Shown: positions 1-12,502 of the stretch, piece by piece | Layout: the number at the start of each line of letters is the position of its first letter | Numbering within the stretch: position 1 is the first letter of the stretch | Assembly: GCA_951406725.2 (NCBI GenBank) | Contig: OX597814.1 | Span: 158,162,001 to 158,226,000 of the forward strand | Reading direction: 5' to 3' | From: Octopus vulgaris | Lineage: Eukaryota | DNA length: 64,000 nucleotides | Position numbers and translations under genes: made by a program | Notes under the pieces: model-generated | The model's input: the letters and a program-made list of their open reading frames with translations, nothing else | The model's database searches: none | Told to the model about the DNA's origin: nothing

Positions 1-789
1 GTCGACAAAATCTGAACTCCTGATGTAAAAATTGTGCGTTATAGTCAGAAGGCTTTGTTCTTAACGCATATTTTTCTACTTTGATTTTGCAAATTGCAGT
101 ATTTTCTTTGCATTAGTTATGATAATATAAGGGGTTTTTTTTTATTTCAATAAAATTGCAGTTCAGTGACTGAAACCAGCATACATGAATGTTCGGATTG
201 TTTGTTTATTTTACTCAAAACAGGTTTATTTGCATTAGAAGCGTGGAAATGTGTGTTTGAAAACGAAACCTACATCGTGGGAATTGTTTTAGCCAATTAT
301 GCCGATTTGCAAACTTTTTTCAATCCAAGGCACATTCAATTAGGTTCAATACGATAGTCCATTAGATTTTTGAAATGTTATGTACCTGTGTATGCATTAT
401 GTTTGCATTTATAAATATTATATAAAAAGGGATATGGGGCCGCGCATTACATTTCGCCACGTTTCAAAATATTTAGCCGTTTCTCTACTACACTAAAAAC
501 GGGGCACACTACCGGATCATATGCAGCTGTTAAGTGTGTTGCAGCATAGTGAGTGAAAATATGTATGTTGAGTGATCGATCATTTGACTCGTTCAAAATG
601 CATGATGCAATACAGAATACACTTTGTCGGCAAAATTAGGGCCGGATGTCATGATTGATTACGGCTACGCCGGGGCTTAACTACAACAATAACAAGGATA
701 ACAAGAAGATACTATAATGGTCAAACATAGATCGAATGATAAGTTTTTGCAAGCTGATTCTTTACTTGTGTTTTATGTTTGTTTTTCAG

Positions 790-1022
790 AACAGTGGCCA
801 GACGTGAGCTTTCATTTTGGATTATGTAGAGATATTGATAAGGACCTCTTGGTATGGCAGAATGGAGAAGCACTTACGTTTGGATTCTGGCAGAAGGATA
901 GACCTGACAATCATGGAGGCGATCAGCACTGTGGAGTTTTAACTCATAATAGTAATCACAGATGGAATGATATAAAGTGTGACGACGAATGGGGATATAT
1001 ATGCGAGATAGTCGTGAGATAA
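790..1022 (+). CDS. Terminal exon of a C-type lectin domain gene (paralog A); upstream exons lie before the window
   Basis: Polypyrimidine tract + cag acceptor ends at 789 (phase 1). Translation ..QWPDVSFHFGLCRDIDKDLLVWQNGEALTFGFWQKDRPDNHGGDQHCGVLTHNSNHRWNDIKCDDEWGYICEIVVR* shows CTLD hallmarks (WIGL-like FHFGL, W-x-NG, FW, xPD, WND, C..ICE). Roughly half identical to exon 58118-58353, with the same intron phase. Confidence 0.92.
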
Positions 1023-1127
1023 ATGTGTAGCTGAAAAAACCGTAACGCACACGTACACACACACATACATATATACGTACTCTTATATATATATGTGTGT
1101 GCGTATGTATGTATATATGTGTATATA

Positions 1128-1165
<38 letters not shown>

Positions 1166-1222
1166 GGTGCCCCAGCATGGCCACAGCTCGTGAGCTGAAA
1201 CTAGATAAAATAAAAGATAAAT

Positions 1223-1272
<50 letters not shown>

Positions 1273-1574
1273 GTCTAGCCAAATTGTCTACTTTTCCTTT
1301 CTACTTTAACTTCTCTCCCTCTCTCTTTTTCTCTCTGTCACTGACTGTCTGTCTGTCTATCTGTTTCTCTCACTTTCACTGTTTCTCTCTCTCTCTCTCG
1401 CTATATATATATATATATAAAACCTCTTCAATCTTTCTCCCTCCCACTCCTCCTCTCTCTTCGCCGCGTGTCCCCCTCCTCCTTCCCTCTTCCTTGCCTA
1501 TAAAACAAAATTCCTTTACACGTGGTTCCCACTATTGAAAAGACTGCCTCCACGCGCTGCTACTACACTTTCGT

Positions 1575-1920
1575 CCTTGCCAGCAAAAGGCCCTTTCGTT
1601 CGTCCCCCTGTGTGGTTGATTTCCTGTATAGTATTCTTTTTATTTTCTCGTTTTGTAACTAATTGTATTTTTTGTACATGTATTTTTATTTTTGCAGTTT
1701 TATTGTTTGTCTATGCCAGAAAAAAAGGCTTTTTCGTTCGTCCTCTTGTGTGTTTCTTTTTGTACGTGTATCTCGTTTTGTAACTAATTGTATTTTTTGT
1801 ATATGTATTTTTATTTTTGCAGTTTTATTGTTTGTCTATGCCAGAAAAAAGGCTTTTTCGTTCGTCCTCTTGTGTGTTTGTTTTTGTACATGTATTTTAA
1901 TTTTGCAGTTTTATTGTTAC
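1575..1920. repeat. Local tandem duplication, unit about 125 bp, inside an unclassified repeat
   Basis: tctcgttttgtaactaattgtattttttg...gccagaaaaaaaggctttttcgttcgtcctcttgtgtgttt occurs at about 1646 and about 1771, with partial copies on either side. Confidence 0.8.
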
Positions 1921-2271
1921 GTCTTGTTGTGTTCGTACTCATTTTGCCCCGCTGCTTGGAATTTTATTTTAATTCTCTCGCAGGAAGGCCTATTGGATTA
2001 GTGTTCTGTCTTGCCTTCGAAACATGCCTGACTCCTCTAGCGACAGCTGATGACGGGGGTTTTGTCCTTGTGTAGCTCGTCCTGTATTTGTTTTTCGTTT
2101 TCTTTTTTTTTGTTTTCCGTTTTCTTGTTTTTTGTTTTTTGGTTTTTTCCGTTTCTACGTCTTATTGTGATATCCTGTACTCCCGTATAATTATTTATAT
2201 ATGCATGTATATATACATGTAGATGTAGGTACGTACATATATGTTTGTATGTATGCATATATTTTTATTTA

Positions 2272-2309
<38 letters not shown>

Positions 2310-2533
2310 TAGCGAGAGAGAGAGATATATATAAACAGTAAAAGTGAGAGAAACAGATAGACAGGAAAAGCAAACAGTTTGGCTAAACTTGTCAAGGATA
2401 CTTAAATTATATAATAAAAGGTTTGGATCATCCTGACGAAAATTCCGCGTATCTTTTAAATATATATATGTGTGTGTGTGTGTGTGTGGGTGTGGGTGGG
2501 TGGGTGGGTGTGTGGGTGTGTGTGGGTGTGTGT

Positions 2534-2582
<49 letters not shown>

Positions 2583-2586
<4 letters not shown>

Positions 2587-4630
2587 AATAATTAAGATTC
2601 AGTTGAATTAGGTACTTCAGTTGAAGCACCAAGTCAGTCTGGTGTCATCCGCACAGCTCGAAGTAAGTTGAGCAAAAAAAACAACAACAACAGGATATCA
2701 AGTAGTAATGCGGTGCGACCATTTCAAGCGACTCCTTTTAATTGAAGAATTCAATCATTACATCAATTCAAATGCAGTGCTATCTTCAGCTGCACAATAA
2801 AAGAAAAAAAAGTATATGGAATTTCAACAGGTAGGATACATTAATATAAGGTTTCTTAAATATTTTAAGTAAGAAGAAAGAAATTCATGTTGTCGCTATT
2901 GTAGCAGAAGTGGCTAACAAAAAAAAACAAGCTACAGTTCCCTAGAATAGCATGGAGCTTAGGGGGTTCATAGGGTTGTAATTCATTTCAAATTTATTTA
3001 TCTCTTTATCATCTACTAAAATCTGAGATTAGAAGACTGTGTATATTTTGAATAAAGAACAAGAGTGAGCCGACAGCTCATGGTCATAAATATTACCATA
3101 GGTATCTCCTTCCTCCCAAGAGAAAAGAAACAAAACTTTAGGGAAAGTCAATTAGGTAGAAGTAATTGTCTGTAAAAAGAGGTGGGATAGGGATAGATAT
3201 TAAATCTTGATGTTAATCACCAGTTAAAGGAGCAAGACACTATGACAAGATGCTCATACAAGGAAAATATTATTTGGGACACGCTGGGGGAACGTTTAAC
3301 GACAATACTATTATGTCGTAAAAACATGAAATAAAATTTAAGAGTTCCAGAAAATGATATCATAACCAAAAATGCTAAAGGGTATGTATGTATCAATTAT
3401 AAACATTAAAAAGGAAGATTACTATTATGTAGAATTAGTTTAAATACCCCTTTCTTTAATTAATTGACTCTTATGTGATTTGTCTAAAGACTGTTCAAGT
3501 CACTTACATCTGGAATATCTAGAAAGATATACATATTATCTATTGATTTGAAGCAATGGATCAGAGCGGGATAATAAAGATAATAGTAATACATAGACAT
3601 AATTAAATATAAGGCATATAATCAAAAGTATAAAATAATGCATACAGATACATATAAAAAGAGGATTTTTTATACACACACATACACACACACATCTATA
3701 TATGCATAGAGGGAGAATTCACGAAAAAAAAAACACAAGACGAAGACAGGGGTTGTAGAAACAAACAGATGTATTAGTATAACGCTCGGGAATTGAAAAC
3801 GTATTTTACGTTTCGAGCCTACGCTCTTCCACAGAAAGGAACACAGAAAGAAACAAGGAGAGAAAAAAATGTGAGCCGCGGCTACCGACCTGTCGTGGCG
3901 ACTGCCGTATATATACATATACACAAATATATATACGCTTATATGAAAGAATATAGTATAAATATCTTGCATAGACCAAAGTAACTGAAATATATAAAAT
4001 TAAGAACAAGACAACAATTTATAAAGGATAAGGTATTTATAAAGGTAATGATATCAAAGTAAGAAAACAAGACAATAAGAATTCCTATAAAACAATAAGA
4101 AATACATATAAAGAGATAGGGAATTAAATGCTAGAGGCAGGGAAAAGATAAAAGTAACCTAAAAAGAGAGGGTAATAGGTACGAAAGTAGTGACGGCAAT
4201 AAAAGGTATTCAAACCGAAGTGGTTTTATAAGATGTAATATTACAGATGTTATTGTATGTATGGTTTTATAGTTCCTGGGGCGTATAGGATTTAGTCAAG
4301 GGAGACTTACTTTTATATCACTACAAATACATAATACGACTAGTAGGGTAGAAATTCATAGAAAGGGAAAATAGTGTAATCGCCAAAATAGGGTGAAGTA
4401 AGACTAACCAGGCAGGGGTTATCATGGGATAATAATACACATAGCATACCATATAGCCACCTCTGCTACAATAGCGACAACATGAATTTCTTCCATCTTC
4501 TTACCCTCTTAAAATATTTAAGAATATTAATGTATCCTACCAGTTGAAATTCCACATATATTTTTTTGTGTGTGCAGCTGAAGACAGCCCTGCGCAGTTA
4601 AATTGATGCAATGATTGCATTGTTTAATCA
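2583..4630 (-). mobile_element. Degenerate Penelope-like element with inverted pseudo-LTR segments
   Basis: 2752-2869 is the reverse complement of 4508-4617; the repeat contains a decayed hammerhead motif (CTGAAGA...GAAA). Interior is A-rich with no intact ORF. Confidence 0.55.
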
Positions 4631-4631
4631 A

Positions 4632-4704
<73 letters not shown>

Positions 4705-4947
4705 AGTATGGATTTGTATGTCGGTATATGTAAATATATATACATACACGTACGTGCCTGTGTATGTGTAAGTGTGTGTGCGTGCGTGTATATATATAAA
4801 CATACATATGAGTATGCTCGTGTGTGTATTTGTGCGCATGCATTTTTATATATACGAAAATTTATATATACGAAGACGGATACTAATGAGTGTGCATGTG
4901 TGTGAATGCGCGTGAACATATATAAGCTTGTATGCGTGTATATGTGT

Positions 4948-5047
<100 letters not shown>

Positions 5048-5199
5048 CCATGTTTGGGTACGTATGTTTGTATACATATTCACACACATACATATTTTTG
5101 TTTCCTACTAATCTACCACATATGTCTATTTATAGCAATTTCGACTCCCTTATATTCTTCATTCCACCTCAATTTTTACTACCAGAACCAATACCCACT

Positions 5200-5945
5200 T
5201 ACATATCACCCCACCCTTACCTTCTCTCTACCTTTTCTGTACCCATCCCTTAATACATCTCTATCACACCACCCCTACTCACATATCTTACGCTCTTTTA
5301 CTCCTTACCCTCTCATATCTACCTCTCTCCCCCTCTCGTCTCCCTTCCTCCTATCACTTTATTCTGACCTCTAGCTAACACTCCCCTTCACCTCTCCCTT
5401 CCTCCTATCACTTTATTATGGCCACTAGCTAAATCACCCTCTCTCATTTCGTCCCATCTCTCTTCATTTCTTTTTGTCTCCCCTTCCCATTTTGCTTCTC
5501 CTCTTTTCCCTCCCATTCTCTCTTCCAGTCTTTCATTTGACCTGCTTCCTCTCTCTAATCATATACATCTCTCCTCCGTCTATATATCCATTAACACTAC
5601 ACTTTAAAAAAAACTCGATCGACCAACACTGTTTACAAGGCTCTATGCTTGGAATGACCAAATATAACTACCATTGGAACTCACACACCAGGTCAAGAAC
5701 ATTTCTTACCCAAAACATTTTTTCAGCACTTATATACACCATTCTACTTGAATATTGTAACTGCAAATACAAAATCCTTATGTATCTCACTTCTATATTC
5801 ATTCTCTTACTTCCCTCTGTATTTCGTATCTTCTCTACAATAATTAATACTCAAACATTTTCGCGCACCGTCTCTGCTGAAAGGATATATAAAATATTCC
5901 GGAAACAGCTGTAAGACCTTTTCTTAATAAATGCTATGAAATCTA
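5200..5945 (+). mobile_element. Penelope-like 3' remnant / pseudo-LTR ending in a hammerhead motif
   Basis: Hammerhead motif at 5870-5917 followed by aataaa; related copy at about 41590-41850. Confidence 0.5.
5870..5917 (+). ncRNA. Minimal type I hammerhead ribozyme motif (A6C core variant)
   Basis: gtct-CTGCTGA-aaggatatataaaatattccg-GAAA-cagctg-TA-agac: stem I gtct/agac, palindromic stem III, GUA triplet. Confidence 0.65.
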
Positions 5946-5982
5946 ATTATTGCCTTGGAATTTTTATCACATTCTGCCAATT

Positions 5983-6069
<87 letters not shown>

Positions 6070-6078
6070 ATACATATT

Positions 6079-6145
<67 letters not shown>

Positions 6146-6162
6146 ATATGTGTATATATATA

Positions 6163-6361
6163 TATTGTTGTATTTAGGAATGGTCATTTTGCCAGTTTAG
6201 TCAATAAAAACACACGTACTATATATTTGGTGTTACTTTGCTCCAGCGTTATTTATTTTTACATTAATCTTAATCTTATCTTGGCCAAGAGATCTTCCGT
6301 CACACTTCTGTGACCTCATCAGTGGTCCTTTGCAAAATGACCATTTCTAAATACAACAATA
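6163..6361 (-). mobile_element. 200-bp element with about 30-bp terminal inverted repeat and an internal hammerhead-like motif (Penelope pLTR derivative)
   Basis: tattgttgtatttaggaatggtcattttgc (6163-6192) pairs with gcaaaatgaccatttctaaatacaacaata (6332-6361). Minus strand reads CTGATGA-g-gtcaca-gaag-tgtgac-ggaa-gatctc. Confidence 0.6.
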
Positions 6362-6604
6362 TCTGTTTCAACACACGATTTCATATCAAAAATATTGCAA
6401 AACAATTATATAAATGTATATATATATATATATATATATATAATAGAAATATTAAAATTACTAAGTCTCTATAAAAGAGATTACGGCAGCGTTTATTGGA
6501 AATTAATTGTTATCGCCATATTAATATGGCATTCTTATAGATATAAGAATAATCGCTGCCATGGTCAGCTCCATGAGGCCACCGCCATCAAGATAGCTAT
6601 TGAT

Positions 6605-7627
6605 ACACGATAAAGTTTGGCATCCTCTTGGCTTTTGAAGCACTTCTCATGCAGGAAGTTGTCGAGATGCTTGAAAATGTGGTAGTCGGTAGGCGAGAGG
6701 TATGGTGAGTAGCCCAATTCGTTCAACTTCTGGAGGGTCAGTTGCGCGACGTTTGCCGAGCGTTGTCGTGGAGAAGAATTGGTCCTTTTCTATTGACCAA
6801 TGCTGGCTGTTGTTGTCGAAGTTTCTTATGCATTTCATTCATTTGCTGACTACTTCTCCGCCGTAATGGTTTCGCCTGGATCCAAAATGCTGTGATGGAT
6901 GAAACCGGCCGCAGACCTCCAAACAGTCACCATGACTTTTTTTTGTGCAACTTTGGCTTCGAGAAGTGTCGTCGAACTTAGTCGGCGTCCAACCACTGAG
7001 CTGAGCGTCGCCGGTTGTCGTAAAGAATCCACTTTTCATCGCAAGTCACAATACGGTCGAGAAGCGGATCGTTCTTCATGTGTAAAAGAAGGGAAGATGA
7101 CACTTCAAAACGGCGTTTTTTAAATTTTGTCATTCAATTCGTGCGGCACCCATTTTTCAAGTATTGTTTGTATTTCCAATCTCTTTCAGGTTTTTGGAAA
7201 TTGTCGTGTACGTTACGTCTAATTCAGAAGCAAGCTCTCAAACAGTTGTGCGTGGATTGGCTTCGACTATGGCTCTTAGTTGATCGTTGTCAACATCCGA
7301 TGGCCGACCACTACGCTGTTCGTTCGTTAGTGGTTCCTGGGTCAAACGTATCGTTGATATCGCGAACTGTTTCAGCAGCTTTTCGGCTTAGCTTGAACTG
7401 GAATAATAACATTGTGCGAATTTGCTTTTTGTCCATGTTCTAATCAACGTTCCGGCAAAAATGGCCTAATTATTCAAAAAGAAAAAGAGCAACACGATTA
7501 GATAGAGCGACAAACGGGCTTTTAAATGATATATAAAGTCAAAGTAATTTAACGAAAATTAATTTGAAAATACATAATTTAAAACCCAAATTAAAAATTC
7601 CGCAAGAACTTTCTTGACAACTTAATA
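6605..7627 (-). mobile_element. Degenerate mariner transposon
   Basis: Minus-strand frames give KKVMVTVWRSAAGFIHHSILDPGETITAEK and YSPYLSPTDYHIFKHLDNFL; TIR-like end cgcaagaactttcttgacaacttaata; frameshifted. Confidence 0.85.
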
Positions 7628-7659
7628 TAATCTCTTCTGACGGTAATGTAAAAGAAGGC

Positions 7660-8220
7660 TGCTAGCAACCCCCTCTTAGGACCTTTATTTGTGACTTGAC
7701 TGGAACAACAACACCAGTGATGCATAATTTGAGAAGTTTATGATTTGGATTTGTATGTGTTTCAAGCCACTCAAGATCAGATATGTGAAGAAAGGCTCAG
7801 TTAGAATTATGTTCGCTCAGTGGATGGCATATATATATCATCCATCATTTTGGAACCAGTGAATAGCTCCGGAAAATTATTTTACAGAGGCCTGAAGGAC
7901 ACAGCAACCATCTATGTAACTATTTGGAAGTTTGGCTGTCCACAATCATGACTTGGAAAGTTAAAGGGCTGGTTTTAATGACATAGCGTCTTCCAGCGGA
8001 TGTTTGGTGGCTCTCGGTATAATAAAGTCCCAACATCTATGGCAGAGCGCTTTGAGAAGAAATTATTGCACTCCTTCAAAAAAGGCTGCGACTTCCACGG
8101 TACATGAGCTAGTCGCCCTGTATGGAATGAATAACAAGTTGAAGCTACCCATTACTAAAGTAAGAGAAGAATTTGTCCTGACTTGTACAATATTATGATT
8201 CCCAACAGAGACGCAAATCT
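7660..8220 (+). mobile_element. Very decayed R2-superfamily (Hero-like) LINE RT fragment
   Basis: QPPLRTFICDLTGTTTPV resembles the PPIRAFMDDLTVTT RT motif, and ALYGMNNKLKLPITKVREEF resembles the downstream conserved block. Confidence 0.6.
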
Positions 8221-8629
8221 TTAAACTTAAGAGATTTTATGTAGTTAATCGTGTTCATCTTACAACTTGCCTGGCACTTTATTTTACCAGCCACAAACGA
8301 TGAAATATAAAGTCGAACACCGCCCGATTTAAACTCATTACATCGAGAGCTGTAACTAAATATCAGAAGGGCATTCTGTCCGTCACTCACGTTTTTTTGT
8401 TTTTGTGGGGGTGGGGATGCTCCTTTTTAACAATGAATGAAATATAGGACTGTTTCTGATTAAATGAATAAATGATTTAATATATAAACAAAAAATAGAT
8501 GAAATTTTTATGTCATGTAAAGATGACTTGGTCAAGTGAATTAAGGAACAGACTGTTATTTTGGCCAGATCACACTCCAGACATTCCACTATGTCCTGGA
8601 CGAAAATACTCCGACTCTTGCATTGAGTT

Positions 8630-8792
8630 AGATTGCCGTTACATTCTGGGTTCAAATTCCGCCGAGGTTGACTTTGCCTTTCATCCTTTCGGGGTCGATA
8701 AATTAAGTACCAGTTACGCATTGGGGTCGATGTAATCGACTTAATCCGTTTGTCCCCTCTGTGTTTAGCTCCTTGTGGGTAGTAAAGAAATA
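8630..8792 (+). mobile_element. tRNA-derived SINE family 1, 5'-truncated
   Basis: gggttcaaattcc B-box and gactttgcctttcatcctttcggggtcgataaattaagtaccag core; near-identical to 40241-40456 and 50090-50300. Confidence 0.9.
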
Positions 8793-8931
8793 TATTGTTT
8801 AAGCACACGTCACACAGAATTATGCTCAAAGACTATTCCACTGTTTTAGGATGGTAGGGTAATACTAGAGTGAAATTTGACTGCTTCTTGGAGTAGATCT
8901 TGAAACGAGCTAATGGCTTTTTCAGTTATGG

Positions 8932-9162
8932 TCACCTAAGCAACGTAGTACGAGTAACATATCAATACTTTCAACTTGCAAAGCACGTTAAACTACAGAT
9001 GGTAGAAGGGAAATAATTCCTGAATGTGTATTAGCGCGTACTAAATCCGGAATTCTCTCCCTTGCACCATCTATACTTTATCGTGCTTAAGATATTGGTT
9101 TGCAAGTTGAAAGCATTGATATGTTGCTTATCCCATATATTCGCACTGCGTTGCTTAGATGA
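8932..9162. mobile_element. Foldback MITE-like palindrome
   Basis: Three nested complementary blocks, e.g. aacatatcaatactttcaacttgcaaa / tttgcaagttgaaagcattgatatgtt and cctaagcaacgtagt / actgcgttgcttaga. Confidence 0.75.
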
Positions 9163-9599
9163 ACAAGGTACATAACTCTCATTTTATAACTAATTTCTTT
9201 TTTTACTTGTAATTTTGAACAAGGCGAGAAGATTTCCCTGATATTTCGTTTTCACTCTGGAAACAAATTAAAAATACTAGGTATTTTTACGAGTTTTACG
9301 ACAGACTTAACCTCCAGGCTGTACGAAGAATGTCGTTACCTCTGTTTTATCTATTCACCATATCTAAAGTAGAGCCATAGAAAGAGATTATATCAGGTAG
9401 TTTGACCTGCTAGAAGTAGCAGTGAAATGTCTCTCAAATCCTATGGTATGGAATTCTAAAATAAAAATTAGAATGATAATATTTTCCGACAGCGCAGTCT
9501 GAAATTAACTATCTCTGAAAAGACAAGATGGGCATGGCTATACAACTTGATAGTCAATTGTTCTTTAATTGTTTTCAACCTTATCTATATTGTGTCCGA

Positions 9600-10100
9600 A
9601 ATGAGCCAGGACTCAGAAAAGATGGTAATTTTTGATTGAGCAAGATTTGAACTGTAGGCAGTTCACATCTAACATATAAACATTTATTGTTTACTCTTTG
9701 GTAGCAGAACTTGATCCTTCATAAAGTACCATCAACTGACACATCCGTAAGCTCGGCTTTGTGAACAGACGATGTGGAAAAGTTCCTCATGAACTGACCA
9801 ATGATCAGACACAAATGGGTGTGGACATTTGCAAAACACTGCTGGGAAATCTTCGGGAATCTAGTTTTTTAACATCGAATTATAACTGGGGATGAAAAGT
9901 GGATCTATTTTCGTAACCATAAGAAGAGAAATCAGCAGTTTCGTTTCGAACAAGCTTCAGAACTTGTTGTCAAACAAGGGCGGCTTGAACGGAAGGTAAT
10001 GTGTATTTGAGGAAAATTCGAAGAGGTGCTTCGGTTTGAGCTTGTTCCAAATGGCCAAGCTGTGAACGCTAAAATTTATGCTCAACAACTGCAGTGAGTA
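9600..10100 (+). mobile_element. Degenerate mariner transposase fragment
   Basis: KVPHELT (WVPHEL motif) and IITGDEKWIYFRN; stops and frameshifts. Confidence 0.8.
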
Positions 10101-10481
10101 ATGAAACCTTAACTTCTTTATTATATTTCATTAAGGTAGTTTCAAAGCTCTCAATATACTTTATCTGAGGAAGGCACTTTCGAGTTTTAAAGCCGAACAT
10201 GTCTGCGGGTGTATGGGGCGGACGAAACCCTTTCAGGTATATGCTTGTTGGCGGTTACGATGTTGAGCGTTAAATAAAGTTTTCTTGGTGGTATTGGAGG
10301 TCTTCAACTTATGATTAAGCATGCGGAGTCAAAACAGCAGTCTTTAATGAAATAACGATTAAACGAACCTTAAGATCTGCACTTAATTCCATCTCCCATC
10401 TCGATTATTTATCTCTCCCAACGCGTCAGCCACATATATATATATATACTTTATCTAAAAGCAGCAGAAATTCAACAAAAC

Positions 10482-10519
10482 CTGTTACTCTGAGTTTCAC
10501 GTTCCCGTTCTTCGGACAG
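10482..10519 (-). ncRNA. Minimal type I hammerhead ribozyme motif (U4C core variant)
   Basis: Minus strand: ctgt-CCGAAGA-acg ggaa cgt-GAAA-ctcagag-TA-acag. All three stems pair; GUA triplet. Confidence 0.75.
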
Positions 10520-10577
10520 TTTTTATATATATTTATCCACCTAGTGGTTTCCCTAAATACGCACACGCACACACATA

Positions 10578-10665
<88 letters not shown>

Positions 10666-10667
10666 TA

Positions 10668-11559
10668 CGTGGTCCGATCAATAAGTATCTGGACTGTTAC
10701 CATATTAACGAAGCTAAAGGATGCAGATTGAAGCCGCTTTGCACAGATTGATGCCGAGTTCTGCTGTGCATGTGCATTAAGTTTTAGCGTTTTAGATCAC
10801 TTCTACTGTTTACAGCAGTGCTTAGACGGTAGATGTGTAACATGTGATAGTCACGTTGACCACGAAAGAGAAAGTTGAGCAGAGAATCTGCATCAAATTT
10901 TGCCAAAAGCTTGGTAATACCTGCCCAGATACCTACGCAAAGTTTACAAAAAGTGTGCATTGTTCTCGACACGATCAAGATCTTGTGCAACTGAAATCGG
11001 AGTGACCTTTTAGTCAGCTGAAAGCAGTTTTGGCACAAACTTGGTAGACACACGTCTCATACACAAAGTTTCATTGATAATGGACTGAGCTGAACCGTAA
11101 CTAATCTGCACATCCTCTGATAACTCACGGATGGTGATTCGATGATTTCCCCTCACAACTGTACGCACATCTGCGATGTTTTTCTCAGTTCTTCTGGTTA
11201 TGGATTCCCCAGAATGTTCGTCAATACAGACATATTTTCGGTCATTGTGGAAACATCTGAATCACTCGTACACCTGTGCGCAGTTCATACATTCCCCTCC
11301 ATACACTTTCCGCAACTTTGCGTAGGCCTTTTAACATGTATCGCCATGACAACTTTCTCTGTCATGGTCAATGAGACGATCACGCGCTATACACCTTTCT
11401 TCCAAGCACTGCTGTAAATGGCGGAAGTGAGCCAAAACAGTAAAACTTAGTGTGCATGCACAGCAGAGCTCAAAGTTTATCTGTGCCAGGCGGCTTCACC
11501 CTGCGTGCTTTAGCTTCGTTATTATAGCAACAGTCCGAATACTTATTGTTCAGAGCTCG
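10668..11559. mobile_element. Non-autonomous mariner derivative built from two inverted 5' ends, TA TSD
   Basis: TA|cgtggtccgatcaataagtatctggact ... agtccgaatacttattgttcagagctcg|TA. Left arm encodes EQRICIKFCQKLG on +; right arm encodes the transposase N-terminus (to KFVPKLLS) on -. Confidence 0.85.
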
Positions 11560-12059
11560 TATACACCCATACATATGTACATATATATATGCACATACGT
11601 ATATGTTTGTGTATGTGCGTGTGTGAGTGTTAGTGTGTGTGTGTATGTATTTGTGTATGTATGTAATATGTATGTAATATGCATGTATGTATAAGGCAAT
11701 TCAAATAAATAAGGAGAATTGCACATCTACGCTTTTATTACTGTAATTTATACTGTATATTCTCTTTAAACCTCTCTCCGACATGTTTCTGCTGCATGTA
11801 TATCTGGCTACGTAGTATTTATTTGTATCCTGTTGGTTCACCTGCATCCATATTTCACCCACGTTATATATGTATCCATGCAACTTTATTCAAGATGTTA
11901 CCACTACTCAAGTTTGAAGTGATGTGGACTATAATGGTTGACAGTGTGATATTTTTGGTAAATGGCAATTAATATTGAGTATAAGGAATATGCACCCCAC
12001 CCCTGTGGCCTATCACCTTAACGTTGCTGGGGATGTTTGCGTGCGCCAATGATCTTCAG

Positions 12060-12495
12060 GAGTCTTCAAGGCGGTGAGGTTGACGGATAGAATCAAACAA
12101 AGAATAGCCCACTGGCTCTCCAAGATGGGGGTTGAGCAATAGGCTAATAACCCATTCCCCGAAAAAAATCACTTATTACAGAAACCAGAAGCGCTCAAAG
12201 AGAAAGTTCATACCGCACGAAACCACGCTTTGAAAATGAGACTTGACAAGTACCAGATGTCGATAACATCAGATTCTTGGATGACCAGAGCATAATGACG
12301 ATTTGGGGCCAAAGAAGCAAGGAAACTCAACGACTGAAAAAAGTCAATTGGAAAACGATAACTAATTTTAACTATTGGCAATTGGAATGTCAGAACAATG
12401 TATGTGATCCGGAAAACTGATCAAGCTGCTAAAGTCATGAAGACATATAACATCGATGTTCTTGGAATTAGTGAGTGTAGATGGACTGGTTTTGT
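12060..12495 (+). mobile_element. RTE-type LINE 5' fragment (start of APE endonuclease)
   Basis: IGNWNVRTM ... YNIDVLGISECRWTG APE N-terminal motifs. Confidence 0.75.
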
Positions 12496-12502
12496 CATCT
12501 AC

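Noticed and set aside
717-789. ATG-initiated N-terminus of the 101-aa lectin ORF
   Set aside because: Intronic read-through: a clear acceptor at 789 matches the paralog's exon boundary.
2010-2065. GAAA ... CTGATGA as a permuted hammerhead
   Set aside because: No U16 or cleavage triplet and no convincing stem II.
10160-10245. CTGAGGA ... GAAA hammerhead-like spacing
   Set aside because: Stems I and III cannot be paired convincingly.
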